Of a stretch of DNA of 22,010 nucleotides, positions 9,251-20,706 are shown in pieces. The DNA is taken from assembly GCA_016748015.1 (NCBI GenBank), contig JAAOMT010000492.1:58843-80852 (forward strand). Reading direction: 5' to 3'. Made by a program: the position numbers and the translations under genes. The first letter of the stretch is position 1. Every line of letters begins with the position of its first letter. Source of the DNA: Geosiphon pyriformis uo1. Its lineage: Eukaryota; Fungi; Glomeromycota. The notes beneath the pieces were generated by a model. That model did not search any database. It was given only the letters and a program-made list of their open reading frames with translations, and had not been told where the DNA came from.

Positions 9251-10232
9251 GTTGGTTTATCTAATCTAGTAGAGTTTTGTGTATTGTTTGATTATCTAAT
9301 TTTAATTATTAAAAGAATTAGTCTTTTTTGCCTGAAGGTAAAAAACTATTTATTTCTAATTAATAATTATTTTAAGGAATATCTGTTAACATAATGCAAA
9401 TTAATAAAAAATATTCTAGTACAAGATTTATGATTATTTATTTAAAAAAAAACAGAATAAATTAAAATATTAATATAACAATCAAATTTATTTTATTTTA
9501 AAATGCAAGTTGCACATATAAAATAAAATAAACTTTAATTAATTAATCATATTTCAAAAGAATAAAAATACTGAATTTATAATAAATAATTAAAATTATC
9601 ATATACATTATAATTATTCTTTGTTTCAAAAAACATTAGACAAAAAAATATATTTAAATTTTAAAAATAAATTTAAATATCAATAAATCTTGAAATTTTT
9701 CAATTTTCAACATTAAAACCAAAATTTATTTTGTTCTAGTTAACTATGTATTTTTTGTTTAAATTAAAAAAATATTTTGTTTCAATTAAGACATGTTTTA
9801 ATGTTTGCATAATTTATAGATATTATAACAAATAAAAACATTAATATTTTGTTTAATAACACAAATAATAATTATATTATATTTAATCAATTATTCCATT
9901 TTTACAGTTAATAACTTATTTTTTATTTTACAGCGGCGCATCAGATTATCAAACACCACCCAATTCTTTATGCAGGTATAGACTAATATTCAGTATTTTG
10001 TACTATTCAAAAAATTGGTGAACTGTAACACTAAAAAGAGATTTGGGTTTATTTGTAATCTCTTACCATAGCTTTTTGAGTTCATCATTTGAATTGAAAA
10101 GTAGAATAAAGACAATGATTTAGTATCTAGTTTAACCTTTTAAAGATTAGTTTCCCAAAATCTAAAAGCCAAGATAGATATTGTGATTTAAAACCATTTA
10201 AAAAGGTATATTTTGAAACTAGAAAAAAAAAA

Positions 10233-10252
10233 NNNNNNNNNNNNNNNNNNNN
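10233..10252. other. Assembly gap (20 N)
   Basis: Run of N. Confidence 1.
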
Positions 10253-10837
10253 TTGTGGTATAACTTGAAGTACGATAAGCCTACCATTGAGAATGTACAG
10301 TTTCAGGAAACGGATAAACTCATCAAAAAGATTTTAGAAAATGACGAACCAAACAAATCTTTAGCCAATGTTCCTCCAAAAATTATATATTCAAGTCGAA
10401 TTTTAAGTTGGCAACTAGATGATTTCTCACAAGGTATTAAAATCAAATAGAAATATCTCTCTATTTAATTTATCATTTAATATAATCTTATATAACTTTT
10501 TCATTTTATATCTTTCAAAAGAACTTCCCAATCTTGCTGAGATAAAAATTAATCGATCAATAAATTACGATTATTCAATTAGCTGCTAGAAGAATAAAAA
10601 AATGATCCCCGTTAGACCCTCCTTCGGATAACGTTTTTGCTATCTTGTCTTACAATAAATAATGTTGTGATACCATATGTATTTTAATGTGGTATTTCAA
10701 TAAAATTTCTAAAATAATAATTATTACGAATAAAATGTAAAAGATTTAAAACTAGAGAATTTTCATTGCTCAATTTATAACTAAAATATTTAATTGCCTG
10801 TTTTTAATTCTTTATTAGCCAAAAATAATTTATGAAA

Positions 10838-10861
10838 AATAATAATAATAATAATAATAAT
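10838..10861. repeat. (AAT)8 microsatellite
   Basis: Read directly. A similar (TAA)n tract lies at 7071-7090. Confidence 0.85.
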
Positions 10862-11202
10862 ATAGAAAGAATTAACAAAAATTAAATAGATTCAATAATT
10901 TCTTTGAAAATGTTTAATTGAAGAATTATAATAAAAAATCAAATTATCAAAAATTCATGTTCTAAAAAAACTAGTATCGTTAACTAAAATCATTTTTATT
11001 ATTTTACAGTTCTAAATGAAATATTTCCACATAATTAAAAACATTCTAAGAAATAGAACAAAATAAAGAAGAAAATTAATGAATATTAATACTGGTTAAT
11101 TTTTTGTTTCCAAGAAAATTATTAAAAAAAAAGTAAAACATCAGTTTTGAATTCTTTATTTTTGTTTTTTTAAAAATATCAATAGTTTTAATTTACAAAA
11201 TA

Positions 11203-11310
11203 TATTAAATAATTCAAATAAAAAAATGTATTTATTAATAATTCAAATAAAAATAATATATTAATAATTTAAGTAAATCACATATATTAATAATTCAAGT
11301 AAAATATATA
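11203..11310. repeat. Degenerate 26-bp minisatellite, ~4 copies
   Basis: Units tattaataattcaaataaaaataata (11233), tattaataatttaagtaaatcacata (11259) and tattaataattcaagtaaaatatata (11285), plus a longer diverged copy from ~11203. Confidence 0.7.
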
Positions 11311-12239
11311 TAAATTATTCTTATTATTAAAAATAAAAGTTAATAACAAAATATCTAATTAAAATTTATTTATTTATTTTAAAACCATCTTAAAAATCAT
11401 TCATTATCAATATTTGAAAATTAATTTCTAATTAAACCTTCATATCCCAAAAATATAATGTCAAAAAAATATTTTACTTTTATCCATAAAAATAAAAATT
11501 TCTTTTCAAGTGCAATATTATAATAAATATATATATATAATATTGATTGTTTTAAACCAATTTTTAGATAACCTCCGAGTTTTTGAGAACTTTTATTAAT
11601 TAAATTTGATTGAACAAATTTTTTTATTTATTTTTCAAAATTTTGTGGGAGCAGAATTAAAAGTACTTTCAGTTGCATTTTTTTGAATATAGGAGTTTCA
11701 ATTTCAATTTTAATTCAAAAACAAGAAGAAAGTTTTTCACTCAAAGTAAAAAAAAAAGAAAAAGGAAGCAAAATTAGGTATTTTGAATTATCAAATCTTG
11801 AAAAATTGTATTTAGAAGAAATCTATTTACTCGTCTCAAAAATGAGGTTATATTTCGATTGAAACTTTTCGAATCTTTCAAAATTTTCTTATTAAATATT
11901 TATTAAACTATCTTGTTTTATTTCGATGCCCAGTATAAATTAAAACACCATCTAAAATTTTATAATCTTAATTAGTGGGAGAAGTAACTATGTATTTAAA
12001 TGTTATATTTCTAAAGCTATTCAGCTAAAAGCGTTTTATGGTTATAGCCTGTGACAAGAACCTAAAATTCAGAGAGATTACTTTTTATTAAAAATGACTT
12101 TTAAGTTCTTAGATTAAATTATTTTCTTTTAACTTTATTGTGAGGCTCAAAATAATAGCCTATAGCATATTCTGCTAATGAGAATTTCTTGGATAGTACA
12201 GTCTTCAGAATATGTATAACCAAATAAATAAAAGTGAAT

Positions 12240-13673
12240 TTATTTTTTTATAATTGAAAAACTTCATACTCCCCTAAAAAGAAATTCACCTGTTGCTCTT
12301 CTGATCCAAGCAGTAGAGCATGCTCATAATCTCTTGTCTTTTTACATTGCTATACACACAAAGATTGCCACCTCCAAATTGGGGTCTGTCATTTGGCCCA
12401 CCATAAGGTTCATGTCTGCCAACAAATTTGCTAAGTTTAGCATTTCCAACTTTGCCATTTCCAAGGGAAAAAATAAAACTTCCTTTTCCCTCCAACCAAG
12501 CATTCCCAGAATGCCACGATTGTGAATTATAGCCACCAATCAGCTGACCAGTTCCTTCCACTTTAATTACGCTTACTGTTGCTCTATTATTATTACATAG
12601 TTGATGAAAGTCGGCTATAGTGAATCCGTCTTGACTGCCTTGAAGTAATAATTTCATTTCATTTCCAAGTTGATTTCCAAAAGGTGTGTTTTCATCTTTG
12701 CCTTGAATCCAATGATCTAGCTCTTTTATATTATGCAATTGAAACAGCATTGAATTGATATTTAATCGTATTGGCCGACCGTATACAGGCTTTTGATGAC
12801 TATCTGGTATAAGATAATGATGTAAAAAATCTTTCATATAAAGTTCCAGGTAAGATTCTCGCAAATGGTTTTACTTTGTGATAGAATTCAACTGAAGATA
12901 TGTTAAAAAAGCGGGATTAAAGGTAAAAGTCTTTCAATGGATCCCTTAAAAGCGTTAAAGTTTTCATCTGTCCAATAAAGAACTTTTTTGATCTGAATAT
13001 TGTTATCCAATTTAGCAACTCCTCATTCCACAATTTTTTCCCAGATTTCAGATTTTTTAAAATTGAGGAAAGAGCATTTTCACTGAGGAGATAAAATCTT
13101 GGAAATTGAAGACTATAGCTGGATTGTTAGCAGCTATTTCGGTGCAGAATTCTTGTAACTTTTTGAAAGAATCATGCATAAATGAGATATTTTGCAAAGT
13201 GATGAAATTTTTTTCTAGCTCTTTTGCATGGTGTTGAATCAAATAGTCTTCAAGGAGATCAATAAGATTCTCTAGAATAAGTTCGTCAATGGTAGCAAGC
13301 AATTCTAAAATAGTAGAGACTCCATGTTTATCAAGAAAGATCTCACCATTATAAATATATCTGTACATGAAAATAAAAAATATGAATTGATATTGGCCAA
13401 AATACTTTGAAGTAAATAAAAACCCTTACCTGAGAATTATTTCAAAAATTTCAGGTGAAATATTAGGTTTAGCGAAGATAATGGCATTGTTTTCCCTTTT
13501 AAACCAATTATTAAAGAGTGCTAGGGCAAAATATGGTGATCTTGCTGCTAAAATTTGTGAATGAGCATAAAAACTTCTGAGATTAAGTGCTTCTTCAACA
13601 ACAATTCTGACATCAGAAAATTTTGACTATCTAGTAAATTCCCAAAATCGTGAAATTGTTGTTGAAGTGACAT
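12240..13673 (-). pseudogene. BTB/POZ-BACK-TLDc domain protein pseudogene
   Basis: ATG 13673 MSLQQQFHDFGNLLDSQNF/SDVRIVVEE...FYAHSQILAARSPYF...KPNISPEIFEIILR. Intron 13429-13361 (GTAAGG..CAG), then YIYNGEI (BTB). BACK-like EIWEKIVE*G...WTDENF...RFFNISSVEFYHKVKPF. TLDc: LLLQGSQDGF..FHQLCNN...VIKVEGTGQLIGGYN...SFIFS...PQFGGG...EYEVFQ. Several frameshifts (~13620, ~13090, ~13050, ~12915, ~12832, near the 3' end) and a TGA at a Trp position. Confidence 0.9.
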
Positions 13674-14889
13674 TGATAAAGTATGAGAAATCTGAGTGAG
13701 ATTTTTTCCTACGTGTCAGTATTTATGCTATTGGAGATGTCAATCCGCATATTATCAATTGATCAATTAATTCAGAGTATTTGGTCCCTTAAATTCATTG
13801 TCAGAGGTCTTAAAGCCTGAATTTTATATTGTCCCTCTAAGATTGGGTTTTAAAGGGCCTATAGACAATAAATGAGGAAAGTCCTTATCGATATTTATCA
13901 TTACTTCATGATCATAATTAGAAGGTTGTCAAACTTCTGCATACTTGATTTAATCGTGATTGTTTTAAACTCGTGGCATATGCATATTCTTTGTTAAATT
14001 TTTTTGTCACCTCCACATTTCCCATACCTAAATGAGGCCAGAAATAGAGGGGCAAAAACGTTTTAAAAGGTCAGTATACCTACGTTATGGTTATTCAAAT
14101 TTTCTATAATTTCACAAAATATCTAACAATTCCCATACTAAACTTTAAAATTTTTTATCAACCATTAAAGAACAAAATTTTCATGGTTCCTCCCGATATA
14201 TGGCACTTCTTCCGGAGGTAGCTTAATTATATATGTAGAATATAAGTTGATATTGAATAATGAGTATGCTAATAGTGGTGCCACTGAGAAAGAAAGCATA
14301 ATAGCTTAAGCTCCCAATAGCCCGTCAACAAGATTTTTCCCCAACAGCAGGAAAGTTCATTAGGTTATAGATATATGCTTAATTTTATGTTGCTATCTTA
14401 GCATCACACAAAGATTTTTATCTGCATTTTGAAGTAGCTAACCACACAAAGATGAGATTTTGTTTATAATCTGACAGTGCATGCATTTTCTGGAAAATAA
14501 TATATTATATACGAATTGAAACTAATCTATTTTATATCTGCATTAGTTTGACATTTCCTATAAAATGGTCATTAGTTTATGTGCCATCGAAGCCGTGAAA
14601 GTAAATGATAAAGAACCTCTCAGTTTGGACCAGACCAGAAGCAATATAAATAAATATAAATCAAAGTTAAAAAAGAATACTAATATGCTATATCAACATT
14701 TGTTTTCTGCTGTAAGTAATACACCTATATTCGAATTAATATGGAGAGATCCATTGGGGAGTCAAGTTATTTCGGATGATTCGAATATAGTAAAGAATTT
14801 GCCTTGATATTTGTGGGATTCTTTTATGGTAAGTTTTGAATGAGTTGTCATAGACTTCGAATGAAATATCGTATAGTCGATACCTATAC

Positions 14890-17863
14890 TTAATATCTTT
14901 CTTTTAAACAGTTTCTAGCCAATATTTATATTAATAACTATTTCTAAAAATAGAATGGCTAATAAAATAAATAAGTAAATCTAAAAGTAAAAGTTTTAAT
15001 TATAATAATATTAGTATTAATTTACTAATCTGTAATTATAATTTTTTAACAATATTAGACTTTTTTTAGAAAGTTCAAAAACTAGAAAACAGAATAAGTG
15101 TTTAAATTAACAAAAAAAAAATAGAAAAACAATTTTTTTAAAACAGAAACCCAATCATAAATTAAATAGTTACGAAGTTAATGTTAAGATTAAATTAAAA
15201 AGTAATATTATTTGGATTATATATTGTGAATTTATTTTTTATTCCTTTTACATATTTTAAGATTATTATGAAATTCTACTGTTTAAATAAATAAATAAAT
15301 GGAAAATTAATGCAGAAAATAAGGTTCTAAGATTAAATTAAAAAAATTAATCAAGTAAAATAAAAAATTGTCAGTGTTTGATTTTGTATTAAACCGTTTT
15401 TTATAATATAATTTGCTGTTTAAAACATTTATTACTAATTTGGCATATTTTTTTTTTTGCTTAAATAATTTCTTAAAAGCAAAGTTAACATATTATATAA
15501 ATGTTTTTTTGTAAAAACAATAGCTTAAAAATGCAATATTTAGTTATTTTAAAATGTTATTTTTAATCTGTCAACAAATTTCTATTATTATTAAAATATC
15601 AGAAATATAATAGAATTTTAAAATTTTTTTAGAAAATATTATTGAATATTAATTTATTATACATAATACAAAAATTAATTTTTACAATATCTATTTCATT
15701 TTTTTATAAATTGTTTTAATTGTCAAAAGAAATTAATTTAATATATTTTTTGATAATTAACATAAACTTATTTGTATTATTAAATTTTTTAAATTAATTT
15801 ATTTTACTTGTAAAATTCAATGAAAATAAAGTATTTATAAAAACTCAAAAACATAGACAATTTGTAAACATTTATTTTCATGTCACTACAAGTGCAGTCC
15901 AGCCACCAACTATTTTTACACAATTCAAATATCATACAAAAAATGCGGATCGTGCTATTAACAGTGTCTGACTGGCCACTAAAACATAATATATCCAAAA
16001 TATGAAAATAATTTAAAATTTTTAGGTTAAATTAACATCTTAATTAATTGTATTTAATTATAAATATATTTTTTATTAAAATTCACAATGTTTATTTTAA
16101 ATTATAATTTATTAAAAATTCAAATTTTAGATTTTGTCAATTTTCACAAATATTTAAAAAAAAATAGATTAAAAAATGAATTGAAACAATAATATTAAAA
16201 ACCTAAAATTATTTAAGTAATTAACTAAAATAATAAGTAATGAAAAAATCATTAAAAAATAATGGCAAAAATAAATAATTATAAAATTAACTGAAAAATA
16301 ATTGAATAAAGAATTAATATTAATTGATAAAAAAAAATTTTATTAAAAAACAATAAGTGAAAAATATTATTAATTAATTAATAATTAACTAATAATGATT
16401 AAAAAAATTAGTCATATAATATTATTAATTATAACAAAATAAAAAAAATTATTGAAACTAATAATTGGTAACAAAAATTATATGATATATAAATAAAGTA
16501 AAAGCTTTTATTTTTGAATTTTATTTTAGCTATTTAAGTTTAAAAATAAATGTTTTATTTAAATAAAATTTTAATATAAAAATATAAATTTTTATATAAA
16601 TCAAAATAATTGTTATAATATTTTTATTTTAGCTAAAATTTATTTAAAAATTTGAAAATATTTTTTAATCTAAAGAAAAATTTATAATTAACTTATTACA
16701 AACAAATTTATTTTACATATGTATTTTTTTAATTATATAAATAAAAGTAATAATTAATAATTAATTAATTATAATTATTATAAAATTTTGATGTTTTTTC
16801 CATATTGTTATTTTTAAATTAATTACATAATCGAAAATTATTGAAATTAATAAAGAAATATATTTTTATACTTGATTAAAATTTCAAAAGCAAAGTTTTT
16901 TGCATTATACTGTATATTAAATAACTATTTATTAGTTATTATAATAATTAAAACCACTTTTTTAACTTAAATTCAAGATTAAAATTCTTTTATAATTTGA
17001 GTATGTAATTTATTTAAATTTTTATTTAACCTTATTTATTAATTTATTTATTATTTAATTTTAAAAACACAATAATTACATAAAATAAATAAATTGTATG
17101 TTTTTATTATTATTGACCATATAATTCAGACAATATTTTATGTGTAAAATTAGAATTAGTCTTTAGAAAACTAAATTTATATTAAAACTTTTTTAAATTT
17201 ATGTGTTTACGTATTATTATTTTAAAATTAAAATTGATTATTTGGTTTTTTAATAATTTTTTTAATATTTTATTTCACAAAGTGATTTAACTATATTGGT
17301 TAAATTTTATATTTATTAAAAATATTATTTTTTTGTTTATATAATAAAGTTTTTTAGTAAAGTATTTAATTTTATTAATTATTTTTTACAATAACTTTTT
17401 ATTGAAATTAAACTAAAAATTTTGTAATTATTTTAGCAGTTCATAAATTTTCAAATTTATATTCAAATTTTTTAATATTTTGCAATTAATACTTAACAGA
17501 TTCATAATTGTTGCACGATATGTATATCAAGTTTGTTTATATATGTTTGGCAAAATAAAAAAAATCAACAATATAACATCAATATTTGTTTACATAAAAT
17601 TTAATTTTAAAAATAAAAAGTTAAAACGATTTTTAAGTTATCAAAAATTATATAATTAATTTTCAAATAAATCTATTTTTTTTTTATAAATCTTTATTTT
17701 TGTTTAAAATAATTATGATTTTTAATTTTAATTATTAATATATAAATAATAATATTAAACATTGTTTCATAATTTATATTTTTCATGTCAATTAACAATT
17801 AAATAATGTGATAAAATAAAAATATTCAAATTTGAAAATTCTTAATTTAAAATTATAACGTTT
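14890..17863. other. Extremely AT-rich block, probable decayed repeat/transposon relic
   Basis: C and G are almost absent over ~3 kb (by eye roughly 85-90% AT), except a small island at ~15850-16000. No TIR, LTR or transposase motif could be read. Confidence 0.45.
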
Positions 17864-18713
17864 NNNNNNNNNNNNNNNNNNNNNNNNNNNNNNNNNNNNN
17901 NNNNNNNNNNNNNNNNNNNNNNNNNNNNNNNNNNNNNNNNNNNNNNNNNNNNNNNNNNNNNNNNNNNNNNNNNNNNNNNNNNNNNNNNNNNNNNNNNNNN
18001 NNNNNNNNNNNNNNNNNNNNNNNNNNNNNNNNNNNNNNNNNNNNNNNNNNNNNNNNNNNNNNNNNNNNNNNNNNNNNNNNNNNNNNNNNNNNNNNNNNNN
18101 NNNNNNNNNNNNNNNNNNNNNNNNNNNNNNNNNNNNNNNNNNNNNNNNNNNNNNNNNNNNNNNNNNNNNNNNNNNNNNNNNNNNNNNNNNNNNNNNNNNN
18201 NNNNNNNNNNNNNNNNNNNNNNNNNNNNNNNNNNNNNNNNNNNNNNNNNNNNNNNNNNNNNNNNNNNNNNNNNNNNNNNNNNNNNNNNNNNNNNNNNNNN
18301 NNNNNNNNNNNNNNNNNNNNNNNNNNNNNNNNNNNNNNNNNNNNNNNNNNNNNNNNNNNNNNNNNNNNNNNNNNNNNNNNNNNNNNNNNNNNNNNNNNNN
18401 NNNNNNNNNNNNNNNNNNNNNNNNNNNNNNNNNNNNNNNNNNNNNNNNNNNNNNNNNNNNNNNNNNNNNNNNNNNNNNNNNNNNNNNNNNNNNNNNNNNN
18501 NNNNNNNNNNNNNNNNNNNNNNNNNNNNNNNNNNNNNNNNNNNNNNNNNNNNNNNNNNNNNNNNNNNNNNNNNNNNNNNNNNNNNNNNNNNNNNNNNNNN
18601 NNNNNNNNNNNNNNNNNNNNNNNNNNNNNNNNNNNNNNNNNNNNNNNNNNNNNNNNNNNNNNNNNNNNNNNNNNNNNNNNNNNNNNNNNNNNNNNNNNNN
18701 NNNNNNNNNNNNN
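17864..18713. other. Assembly gap (850 N)
   Basis: Run of N. ORF 17792-18736 in the track is an artefact of this gap. Confidence 1.
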
Positions 18714-19410
18714 ACCAAAGTACTGGTTACGACCAAGAGATTAATGATTTCATTAAATTATATGAAATTCGAATTGGTGATAATCTCTGTTAATATAATA
18801 ATGAACCCTATCAGTTCACTATTAAAGAATTGGTATAACTAGAAAAATAATACTGAATATAATAATTAATTATGTTTGTACTTTCAAAATTAAAATTTAA
18901 TTACTTTGGTATATAGATGTAAAAATTCTATATCTTTTCCATTTTTTAGAGTAAATTTAGTGTTGACTATTACATTGACTAGAATTGATATGATAAGAAC
19001 AACTGCAAAACTAATTTTCTAAATTAAAAAAAGTCATCAATTATTTATTTATTTATTCTTAAAATTTAAACTAACTACTACAATAGAGCCACTTAAAACT
19101 GTTAATATTACTACAATAATAGCAATTAAAATTAACTTAAAATTTATTTGTTTTAACTCCGATTAAATTTAGAGTAGTTTTAATCAACAAGTTATGATAC
19201 CCAGTGTTTGAATAAAAAAATTGATGAAATTCACGAAAGGCAAGCACGTGTTCCCATTCAATCTTACTTTTTTTAATAAAATATGGTAAATTCATAATAT
19301 ATACTATAACTTTGTTATTTTCTAATGTAGTAACCCAGTTGGTAAGACCCAAAGCCTCCATCAGTTGTAGCAAAAGGTGCAAAAAAACTGATTTTCATGT
19401 TTCCTTTTAA
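18714..19410 (+). pseudogene. Possible heavily mutated coding relic (TE-like, unidentified)
   Basis: Reads QSTGYDQEINDFIKLYEIRIGDNLC*YNNEPYQFTIKELV*LEK*, with further stop-riddled Gln/Leu-rich stretches. No family recognised. Confidence 0.3.
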
Positions 19411-20360
19411 CTTATTAAAGTAGGTTCTAAATGCAAATTGAATATACATGTATATGATTATTGAAATCCATATACTAACTTAAAGATCATTAAAAATATT
19501 CCTCTTTATTTCAATAACATCATTTAGAGACTTGTTTTTAATAATATTTTACCAAAAGATAACTAGAGTTAAGAGAATAAACAGGAGTTATTTCCATAAT
19601 TTTTATCTTTATTTAAAGAAACTTTATTTTTAGGTGTAAACGTGATAAAAATTTTCATTAATATAACATTTCAAGTATAATTATTCACCATGGATATTTT
19701 ATAAAAATCTATCAACTTTTTTTAAATCAATTGAGTATACCATTTTATATATTTTTGGTGATGATAAACTCTTAGTAATGAAAGTAAATAAACCTAACAA
19801 CATCGAAATTATGATTATTTCGCCTCTCAAGGATTTAAGTAATGAAATTATCAACATTAGAATTTGAACTCAGCTAGAATTGAAAGAAAAAATGAGTAAT
19901 TATATGCAGATAATTTTTTTAGAGTATTTTCTAGTGAGGATTTCAAAAACCTTTTTATTTTAATTTATGTCAAAATTTATTTTACCGAGTATATGATTAC
20001 TGTTAAGATTACAAGTGATAAATTTTTTTAAAGACTGAAAATTTACTTTGTTATTCATTTGGTTGCTATCAAGAACTAGTGAATTAACCAGGAGAATTTA
20101 CTAATCTAAAAGGACAACTTCCCAAGATTAATTCAAAGAGAGAAAATATTTTATGCAGGAAATAATATTTTCTAATCACCGTGGAAGAATTTTTTTGATT
20201 TTACCATTAAGAATACTGGCTTATTTGTTTTTTTTATTATTAATTCTGTTGGCATTTCCTTTATTGACACCATTTTTGTTACCTTTGTTCCAATTGCTGT
20301 TATTGTTATTTTAGTTGCCAATATATGAAGATGTATTTGTTGAAGGAAAAACCACTGACA

Positions 20361-20706
20361 AAAATTATTTTGGGGAGAAAGAACTTTTGAATAATACAGA
20401 TCCTATTCACATGCAATTTGATGTGATTAATGAAAAGCATTCTATGATCAAAAAACATACACCGGCTTTTCATGACACTGTAGAAGAATCTCAACAAAGA
20501 GTTATTGCTACTCACAATAATTGTAACTTAAATCAACAAGCCTTAATTTTGGAAGAGACATAAGATGCTATCCAAGATATGGCAAGATATTGAGGCTGAT
20601 TGATCTCAAAAACTAAATTTTCTATAAAGCATAAGCCTTTCATTTATTATATTTAATATTTCATAAACTTTCTTGGTTTAATCACCTTTTTTAGAGTTGG
20701 ATTTGG
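20361..20706 (+). pseudogene. Decayed paralogous fragment of the 3' end of the 2055-5682 kinase gene (inverted orientation)
   Basis: GEKELLNNTDPIHMQF...IKKHTP//HDTVEESQQRVIATHNNCNLNQ aligns with GERPWNSIKYPISIQL...IEKHTP//RDSAEEFQKRIIAARNNCNLNE. The 22-nt ccttttttagagttggatttgg (20685-20706) is the exact reverse complement of 2117-2138. The donor equivalent reads ATAAGC at 20631. Confidence 0.82.

Larger units (their letters stand above)
8393..10589 (+). pseudogene. Tyrosine-kinase-like protein kinase, 5'-truncated and frameshifted; probable true path 8393-9058 + 10349-10433 + 10522-10589
   Basis: From 8395: IIGITQNPKTLEYGFVTEFAGNGDMRHYISLNF...GLGIIHSIGMAHRDLHP. Frameshift at ~8593-8596 removes GNI of the catalytic loop. 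Then LQLDEDWAIIGDLGLC...PYIPPE...DIYSFAILLWE...CWNPNPSCRPTA. Tail IIYSSRIL follows the second gap. Putative intron 10434-10521 (GT..AG) and last exon ELPNLAEIK...ISC*. Confidence 0.82.

Noticed and set aside
14565-14807. 80-aa ORF with a nearby GTAAG donor, possibly an exon relic
   Set aside because: No recognisable motif or consistent gene structure.
17792-18736. 314-aa ORF in the track
   Set aside because: Almost entirely N-gap.
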